From contig DAIENX010000077.1 of assembly GCA_027340875.1 (NCBI GenBank), positions 1 through 24,694 on the forward strand: a DNA stretch of 24,694 bases. The letters run 5' to 3'. Positions within the stretch are counted from its first letter, which is position 1. The number at the start of each line of letters is the position of its first letter. The notes beneath the pieces were generated by a model that was not told the DNA's origin, made no database searches, and saw only the letters and a program-made list of their open reading frames with translations. Below, in pieces: positions 19,109 through 24,694 of the stretch. The translations under genes were made by a program, and so were the position numbers. This DNA comes from Elusimicrobiota bacterium (GTDB taxonomy: Bacteria > Elusimicrobiota > Elusimicrobia > Elusimicrobiales > UBA9959).

Positions 19109-19971
19109 AGGTCACCGAGCGCCTCAAGGCCGGCGGCAAGGTCTTCTCCTTCGAGTTCTATCCCCCAAAGACGGAGGCGGACGCGAAGCGGCTTTTCGAC
19201 GCGGCCAGGGAGCTCAAGACCCTTTCCCCTGACTTCGTCTCGGTCACCAACTCCTCGGCCGGCACCCTGCCGTACCGCACCGTGGCGCTGTCCGGAGTGC
19301 TGAAGAACGAGATAGGCCTGGAGGTCGTGGCGCACCTGACCTGCCTGGCGCATACGCGCGCCGAGATCCTCGAGATAGTCTACGGCCTCAAGAAGATGGG
19401 CATCGAGAACGTGCTGGCGCTGCGCGGCGACAGGGAGAACGTGGTGGGCGAGCCGCCCGGGGATTACAAGTACGCCTCCCAGCTCGCCGCCGATATTGCC
19501 GCGGACGGCTGGTTCTCCGTGGGCGGAGCCTGCTACCCGGAGAAGCACCCGGAAGCCGCCACGCTGCAGGAGGACATCGCCCATCTCCGGGAGAAGACGG
19601 CGGCCGGGACCTCGTACCTGATAACGCAGCTCTTCTTCGATAATTCGCTTTATTTCGGCTTCCTGGAGAAGACGGCCGCCGCCGGCATTTCCGTGCCGAT
19701 ACTCCCCGGGCTGATGCCGATCACCGGCTACCGCCAGATACAGAAGTTCACCCAGCTGATGAACGTCTCGGTGCCGGCTGCGCTGCGCGCCGGCATAGAG
19801 CGCTGGGACGGCGACAAGGACGGGATGTTCAAGTTCAGCGTGGATTACGCCTCAAGACAGGCCGAGGAGCTGCTGAAGGGCGGGGCGCCGGGCCTGCACC
19901 TGTACACGCTGAACCGCAGCAAGGCGGCTATCGAGATACTCAGGAACGTCAGGGGCGGGGCGCTTAAATAA
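19105..19971 (+). CDS. metF: 5,10-methylenetetrahydrofolate reductase
   Basis: FSFEFYPPK, AHLTC, LALRGD, YPEKHPE, ITQLFFD and HLYTLNR motifs. ATGA overlap with lepB. Confidence 0.95.
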   Translation: MKVTERLKAGGKVFSFEFYPPKTEADAKRLFDAARELKTLSPDFVSVTNSSAGTLPYRTVALSGVLKNEIGLEVVAHLTCLAHTRAEILEIVYGLKKMGIENVLALRGDRENVVGEPPGDYKYASQLAADIAADGWFSVGGACYPEKHPEAATLQEDIAHLREKTAAGTSYLITQLFFDNSLYFGFLEKTAAAGISVPILPGLMPITGYRQIQKFTQLMNVSVPAALRAGIERWDGDKDGMFKFSVDYASRQAEELLKGGAPGLHLYTLNRSKAAIEILRNVRGGALK

Positions 19972-19980
19972 GGGGGCGGG

Positions 19981-20727
19981 ATGGAGACGGTTCACAGCGG
20001 GTCTGCGAGGGCCCTGGTGGAGTTGCAGAAGAGGGACACGGCTATAGCCGCGCTGAAGGCCAGGATCGCCGGAGTGCCGGTAAGGCTCAAGGCCGTCAAT
20101 GATGCCTTCGAGGCGAAGAAAGCGGCCATGAGCGCCGCCAGAGAGACCCTGATGGCGCTGCAGTCCAGGAAAAAGGACTCGGAACTCCGGATAGCCGAGG
20201 CGGAAGAGGGGATACGCAAGCACCAGCGGGAGCTCAACATGGTGAAGGACAACGACGCCTTCAAGGCCCTGCTGAAGGAGATCGATAACGACAAGGCCGC
20301 CAAGGACGAGCTGGAGACCGGAGTGCTCGAGCTGCTCGAGGAGATAGACAAAGCCTCCGTGAAGGACAAGGCCGAGCAGGCCGAGGTGGCCGTGGTAGCG
20401 GCGCAGCGCGACAAGGAAGCCGCGGCGCTCGAGGCCGAAGGCCGCGAGGCGGCCGGGATGCTCTCCGAGGCGGAAGCCGGCAGGGCCGGGGTGGCCGCCG
20501 GCATCGAAGCCGACCTTCTGGAGCGCTACGACGCGCTGCGGGCCAGCCGGGCGAACCTCGCGGTAGCGGAGGTGCACGCGGACCAGGCCACCGGCAAGCT
20601 CTCCTGCGGAGGCTGCCATATGGGCCTGACGCCGCAGAAGGCGCTGGATGTAAAGAAGCACGATACCTTCGCCGTCTGTCCGGAATGCAGGCGCTGGATG
20701 TACCTCGAAGCGACGATAAAAGGGTAG
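19981..20727 (+). CDS. Coiled-coil protein with C4-type zinc ribbon (DUF164/COG1579-like)
   Basis: Long charged helical region, then CGGCHM...CPECRR. This family often lies upstream of rnpB. Confidence 0.88.
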   Translation: METVHSGSARALVELQKRDTAIAALKARIAGVPVRLKAVNDAFEAKKAAMSAARETLMALQSRKKDSELRIAEAEEGIRKHQRELNMVKDNDAFKALLKEIDNDKAAKDELETGVLELLEEIDKASVKDKAEQAEVAVVAAQRDKEAAALEAEGREAAGMLSEAEAGRAGVAAGIEADLLERYDALRASRANLAVAEVHADQATGKLSCGGCHMGLTPQKALDVKKHDTFAVCPECRRWMYLEATIKG

Positions 20728-20742
20728 CTGATGGGTTTCGCC

Positions 20743-20767
20743 GGGAATTTTTTCGATGAAAATTCCC
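20743..20767. terminator. Possible terminator-like hairpin after the zinc-ribbon gene
   Basis: GGGAATTTT-ttcgatg-AAAATTCCC is a perfect 9-bp inverted repeat, but has no downstream U-tract. Confidence 0.3.
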
Positions 20768-20768
20768 C

Positions 20769-20931
20769 CGCGCATAGCGCGGGCGCTGGAGGCGCGGTAT
20801 ACTGGCCAATGGCCGTGCCGTATCAGGCGCAATGCGCTTCAGACGGCCACCCTCTCGGGCGCTGCGCGCATAGCGCTTGGCCCTTAGGGCAATGCCCATG
20901 CCGCATCAGGAGCTATGCTCTTCAGGCGGCC
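20769..20931. repeat. Two-unit structured direct repeat (45-nt units at 20804-20848 and 20887-20931, each preceded by CGCGCATAGCGC)
   Basis: Units are 37/45 identical, and 6 of the 8 differences form 3 compensatory pairs. The 12-mer CGCGCATAGCGC occurs at 20769-20780 and 20865-20876. Confidence 0.85.
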
Positions 20932-20976
20932 GACCCGCTGAAGCGGGGAACCCTGCAAACAGGGTTCGGGATAAAT

Positions 20977-21351
20977 TTTCAGACCGCGGACGGAGGGCCG
21001 CTCTTCCCGAAAGGGAGGGGAGGAACTTCCGAACTTCACAGGGCAGGGTGCCGGTTCAAAGCCGCTAAGCGGCCATAGGCCGGGAGGCGGGGGCCATATC
21101 CCCCGTCGACGGACAGCGCCACAGAGAACATACCGCCCGCAAGGGTAAGGGTGAAAAGGTGCGGTAAGAGCGCACCGCGCGCCGGGCGACCGGCGCGGCA
21201 GGGCAAGCCCCTCCTGAAGCAAGGCCAAAATCGCGCCATGGACTGCCCGTCCGCCCTTCGGGGCAGCGCGGAGTGGGCCGCACTAGATAAATGGTCCTCC
21301 AGATGCCGCAAGGCATTGGACAGAATTCGGGGTACAGTCCGCGGTCTGAAA
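20977..21351 (+). ncRNA. rnpB: RNase P RNA, bacterial type A, atypical
   Basis: P1 20977-20991/21337-21351; P2 20992-21000/21292-21300. Conserved blocks GAGGAAnnUCC, CACAGAGAACAUACCGCC, GGUAAGGGUGAAAAGGUGCGGUAAGAGCGCACC, AGCAAGGCCAAA, CUAGAUAAAUG, ACAGAAUUCGG. Confidence 0.96.
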
Positions 21352-21358
21352 GAATTCC

Positions 21359-21491
21359 GGGTTCGTCCCCGGGCCAGGTCTCAAAAACAGGGTCGGCCAC
21401 ACCGTGGCCGCCCTTCCGCGCCTCAGCCCTCGCGCTTATGCAAGCTCGGGCTTCCGGCACGGTTTTTCGACCTGGGCCCGGTTCCGAACCC
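21359..21491 (-). repeat. Structured interspersed element, copy 2 (reverse orientation, immediately after rnpB)
   Basis: Outer stems GGGTTCG/CGAACCC, CCGGGCCAGGTC/GACCTGGGCCCGG, AAAAAC/GTTTTT. Minus-strand core GCTT-gcat-AAGC (21434-21445) and GGCCAC-GGT-GTGGCCG (21394-21409). Confidence 0.75.
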
Positions 21492-21509
21492 TACATGGCG
21501 GGAACTTGG

Positions 21510-21678
21510 CGGCAGGCTGATAACGGGAGCGGGTGGCGAGGGTTCGCCTTCGCAGGGGCCTCGCGAGCGCGAGGCTTGCGAAGCGACGAGCACGAGTGAA
21601 AGAGCGAGGCCACGGTGTGGCCGCGCGTACCCGGAGAAGGCAACCCTCGACAGGACCCGCGGACTTGCAGGCCTGCCG
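21510..21678 (+). repeat. Structured interspersed element, copy 3
   Basis: Nested outer stems CGGCAGGC/GCCTGCCG, GCGGGT/ACCCGC, CGAGGGTTcGCCTTC/GAAGGCAACCCTCG. Core GCTT-gcg-AAGC (21574-21584) and GGCCAC-GGT-GTGGCC (21608-21622). Confidence 0.8.
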
Positions 21679-21697
21679 GCACATTAAGGGGAAACTT

Positions 21698-21970
21698 ATG
21701 GATTCACTGGCGGCGAAGATACCGGAGATAAAGTACTCGTCCGACGCGGGGGAGATACCGTGGGACGACGCCGTGGTCTGGAGCCAGATGCCGCGGGTGG
21801 GGCCCCGCGTATACGAGTGGATAGAGGGTTCGCATATCCGCTACGTTTCATGGAGCAACGGCCTGGTCAACATCCTGCCGGACAATAGTTCCATCCTCAG
21901 CTCGCATTGCCAGTGCATAGTGCTTCCTTCCGCTTTCGTCTGGGTCGGCAAGAACGTCAAGGTGGGCTGA
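21698..21970 (+). CDS. Hypothetical protein, 90 aa
   Basis: ATG at 21698 preceded by AAGGGG; codon style matches neighbouring genes (MDSLAAKIPEIKYSSD...). The upstream extension in the ORF track runs through repeat copy 3. Confidence 0.75.
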   Translation: MDSLAAKIPEIKYSSDAGEIPWDDAVVWSQMPRVGPRVYEWIEGSHIRYVSWSNGLVNILPDNSSILSSHCQCIVLPSAFVWVGKNVKVG

Positions 21971-21975
21971 CGCCG

Positions 21976-22005
21976 TTGACCGCGGGCGCCGGTAAATAAT
22001 AGACT
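21976..22005 (+). promoter_or_regulatory. Candidate sigma70 promoter for the amylase gene
   Basis: TTGACC (21976-21981), 18-nt spacer, TAGACT (22000-22005). Confidence 0.4.
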
Positions 22006-22040
22006 TGGCCTTAAGAACTCCCTGAGGGGTGAAGATCCGC

Positions 22041-23711
22041 ATGAGAAACGTATTGCTGGCTTCGCTGCTGCTGGCCGCCGCAGGCCGGGCGGGCCTTTGT
22101 TTCGATCTGCCGGCCATGAAGGCGGGGGATATAAAGGCCGCGGAAGCCGTGGTCCCGGCCGCGGCAGGCGCTCCGGAAGCCGGGGCGAAGACCGCCAAAG
22201 ACGGCTGGGATTTCCGCGACGAGACCATCTATTTCCTCCTCACCGACCGCTTCGTGGACGGCGACACCGGCAACAACAATATCTACGGCGACGAGTACTG
22301 GCCCGGCAACCTGAAGTACTACCAGGGCGGAGATTTCAAGGGGCTCATCCAGAACCTTGACCATATCAAGGCCATGGGCTTCACCGCCATCTGGATAACC
22401 CCGCCGGTGATGCAGCCGCCCGGGCGCTACCAGAGCCAGGACGGCGGCTACGACGCGGCCGGCTACCACGGCTACTGGGCCTGGGACTTCTCGAAGATAG
22501 ACCCCCACCTGGAGTCCAAGGGCGCGGCCTACCGGGACCTGATAGACGCGGCCCACGCCAAGGGAATAAAGGTGATACAGGACGTAGTGGCCAACCACGG
22601 CCACGGCGGCTACGTCAGCTCCGGGGTGAAATGGTTCGCCGACCGCGGCCGGCTGTCCGGCCTGGGCCGCTCCTTCGACTATTACAACGACCGGGAGAGC
22701 TGGTTCAACCACGGCGGTCCCGCAATAGCCGACCTGCTGGACCTCAACGACAGCAACCCGGAGGTGCTGAAGTGGTTCCTGCAGATCTACGAGAGCTACC
22801 AGGACATGGGCGTGGACGCCTTCCGCATAGACACCGTGGCCTGGATGAAGCCCGAGTTCTGGAAGGGCTTCACCGCCGGCCTGCACGGGCACAAGAAGGA
22901 TTTCTTCATGTTCGGCGAGGTCTGGACCAACGGCGACTTCAACTGGCTGGCGAGCTACACACACCTGGCGCCGGGCGACCCGATGAACGCCGGGATGAGC
23001 GTGGTGGACATGCCCTCCTCCTCCATGGGCACCTGGGGGCAGATGGAGCAGGTCTTCAAGGGCGGTGATTACCGCCGGGCGGCCGAGCTGCTGAAGAACG
23101 ACTCCAAGTACGGGGACGCCAGCTACCTGGTGACCTTCCTCGACAACCACGACAAGCCGCGCTTCAACGGGCCGGGCTGGGACGGCAGCGCCGCCTCCAC
23201 CGAGCAGTATTTCGACGCGCTGAACTTCTATTTCACCGCGCGCGGCATACCGTGCGTCTATTACGGCACCGAGGTGCAGATGGTCGGCGGCAACGACCCG
23301 GACAACCGCAGGATGCTGGGTCAGGACGGCATACAGCGCGCCAAGAGCGACCCGGTCTACAACCACCTGCGCAAGCTGAACGCCGTGAGGAAGGCCAGCG
23401 CGGTCCTGCGCAAGGGCAAACAGACCACCATCTACGCGGAACAGGACCAGTTCGCTTTCAAGCGGGAGTACGGCGGCAAAGCAGCCTATGTCTTTCTGAA
23501 CAAGGGCTGGGGGAGCTCCGTGATAAACGCCGGCGGCGTGGCCCCCGGGGACTATACCGACCTGTATACCGGCCAGACCATATCGGTCAGCGGGAAAAGG
23601 GCCGCGGTGGAGGTGCCCGCCCACGGCGTGCGCGTGCTGGTGCGGGACCCGGAGGGTCAGCCCTGGAAGCTGGACGGCTGGGATTCCAGGCTGCCGCGCG
23701 GCTCGAAATAG
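22041..23711 (+). CDS. Secreted alpha-amylase family glycoside hydrolase (GH13)
   Basis: Signal peptide; GGDFKG, YHGYW, DVVANH, FRIDTV (nucleophile), FGEVW (acid/base), FLDNHD. ATG 22041 has a better-spaced SD than GTG 22029. Confidence 0.93.
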   Translation: MRNVLLASLLLAAAGRAGLCFDLPAMKAGDIKAAEAVVPAAAGAPEAGAKTAKDGWDFRDETIYFLLTDRFVDGDTGNNNIYGDEYWPGNLKYYQGGDFKGLIQNLDHIKAMGFTAIWITPPVMQPPGRYQSQDGGYDAAGYHGYWAWDFSKIDPHLESKGAAYRDLIDAAHAKGIKVIQDVVANHGHGGYVSSGVKWFADRGRLSGLGRSFDYYNDRESWFNHGGPAIADLLDLNDSNPEVLKWFLQIYESYQDMGVDAFRIDTVAWMKPEFWKGFTAGLHGHKKDFFMFGEVWTNGDFNWLASYTHLAPGDPMNAGMSVVDMPSSSMGTWGQMEQVFKGGDYRRAAELLKNDSKYGDASYLVTFLDNHDKPRFNGPGWDGSAASTEQYFDALNFYFTARGIPCVYYGTEVQMVGGNDPDNRRMLGQDGIQRAKSDPVYNHLRKLNAVRKASAVLRKGKQTTIYAEQDQFAFKREYGGKAAYVFLNKGWGSSVINAGGVAPGDYTDLYTGQTISVSGKRAAVEVPAHGVRVLVRDPEGQPWKLDGWDSRLPRGSK

Positions 23712-23732
23712 CGCCTATAGGACTTCGTACGG

Positions 23733-23763
23733 AATGCCCGCCCGCCCGGCGGGCATTTTTTTT
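23733..23763 (+). terminator. Rho-independent terminator
   Basis: AATGCCCGCC-cgccc-GGCGGGCATT, with a T-run extending to 23763. Confidence 0.9.
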
Positions 23764-23794
23764 CGGCCGCCTGTCCCGCTCACCGGGATATTTG

Positions 23795-23800
23795 TATAAT
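23795..23800 (+). promoter_or_regulatory. -10 element (TATAAT) upstream of the PLP enzyme gene
   Basis: Perfect TATAAT in an AT-rich patch, 36 nt before the ATG. No clear -35. Confidence 0.5.
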
Positions 23801-23836
23801 AAAATCAGATTTTCGCGAAGATATTACGGAGACGAC

Positions 23837-24694
23837 ATGCCTAAACTCAAGATAAACGCCGCTATAGTGAAGAAGAACGCCGCGCTGTGCAGGAAGCGCG
23901 GCATCATCATGCCGACCTTCAAGCAGATGAAGGACCCGAACCTGATACCGGAGAAAATAAAGAAGGCCCTCAAGCCCGTCGGCCTCTGGGACATCGAGCC
24001 CATCAACCTCTTCCGCATCAACTGGCACAACGACCCCAAGACCGGCGGCTTCGGCCCGGTGAACATGCTCGAGATACCGCGCGAGATCACCGGCATCAAG
24101 GCCCGCGTGGTGGGTCTCGTCGGCAAGTACTTCCCGACCGGGGCGCACAAGGTCGGCGCCGCTTTCGGCTGCCTCGCGCCGCGCATGGTGACCGGCGAGT
24201 TCGACGCGCAGGCGCAGAAGGCCGTCTGGCCCTCCACCGGCAACTACTGCCGCGGCGGCGCGTTCGATTCCAAACTGCTCGGCACCACCCCGGTGGCGAT
24301 ACTCCCCGAGGGCATGTCGAAGGAGCGCTTCGACTGGCTCAAGAAGATAGGCTCCGAGGTGATAGCGACCCCCGGCACCGAGAGCAACGTGAAGGAGATC
24401 TACGACAAGTGCTGGGAGATCAAGAAGACACGCAAGGACTGCGTGATCTTCAACCAGTTCGAGGAGATGGGCAACCCGACGTGGCACTACCACGTGACGG
24501 GCGCCGCGCTGGAAGAGGCCTTCAACGTCGTTAAGGGCCCGAAGAGCCGCATGGCCGGCTTCTGCTCCGCCACAGGCTCCGCCGGCACGATAGGCGCGGG
24601 CGATTACCTGAAGAAGAAGTTCCCCGGCTCTTTCATCACCGCCAGCGAAGCTCTGCAGTGCCCGACCATACTGCAGAACGGCTTCGGCGAGCAC
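23837..24694 (+). CDS. PLP-dependent enzyme, fold type II (cysteine synthase/TrpB-like); 3'-truncated
   Basis: Manual translation from ATG 23837 (SD GGAG): MPKLKINAA...FPTGAHKVGAA (PLP Lys)...WPSTGNYCRGG...ATGSAGTIGAG. Open to the window end. Confidence 0.9.
   Translation, partial: MPKLKINAAIVKKNAALCRKRGIIMPTFKQMKDPNLIPEKIKKALKPVGLWDIEPINLFRINWHNDPKTGGFGPVNMLEIPREITGIKARVVGLVGKYFPTGAHKVGAAFGCLAPRMVTGEFDAQAQKAVWPSTGNYCRGGAFDSKLLGTTPVAILPEGMSKERFDWLKKIGSEVIATPGTESNVKEIYDKCWEIKKTRKDCVIFNQFEEMGNPTWHYHVTGAALEEAFNVVKGPKSRMAGFCSATGSAGTIGAGDYLKKKFPGSFITASEALQCPTILQNGFGEH

Noticed and set aside
20804..20931. Mini CRISPR array (45-nt repeats, 38-nt spacer)
   Set aside because: Only two units with 8 mismatches, the spacer shares a 12-mer with the upstream flank, and there are no cas genes in the window.
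20731..21687. Several ORFs across the rnpB region
   Set aside because: They overlap the RNase P RNA and palindromic repeats, and their translations show no protein-like motifs.
22011..24694. Antisense or alternative-frame ORFs 22011-23624, 23780-24694, 23824-24243, 23887-24534
   Set aside because: Shadows of the GH13 and PLP-enzyme genes.

Overview
High-GC bacterial chromosomal window. An Elusimicrobiota-like origin is inferred from gene content and codon style, not proven. Left (1-7656): a cell-surface/secretion module with a 5'-truncated lamin-tail + beta-propeller protein, a ~1050-codon beta-propeller/Fn3/ZU5-like protein ending in a T9SS-type C-terminal sorting domain and split by one in-frame TAG, and a PorV/PorQ-like beta-barrel. 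A convergent ABC-2 exporter pair follows. Middle: hpf-hprK-rapZ, mannose-family PTS IIA/IIB/IIC/IID, ptsH, ptsI, then lepA-lepB-metF and a C4 zinc-ribbon gene. Right: an atypical RNase P RNA (covaried P4, no P18, branched P8), a 90-aa hypothetical, a secreted GH13 amylase with terminator, and a 3'-truncated PLP fold-II enzyme missing from the ORF track. The most unusual signals are non-coding: three copies of a structured interspersed element with a conserved two-hairpin core but unrelated outer stems (16071, 21359, 21510), and a 45-nt direct repeat with three compensatory base-pair changes just upstream of rnpB.
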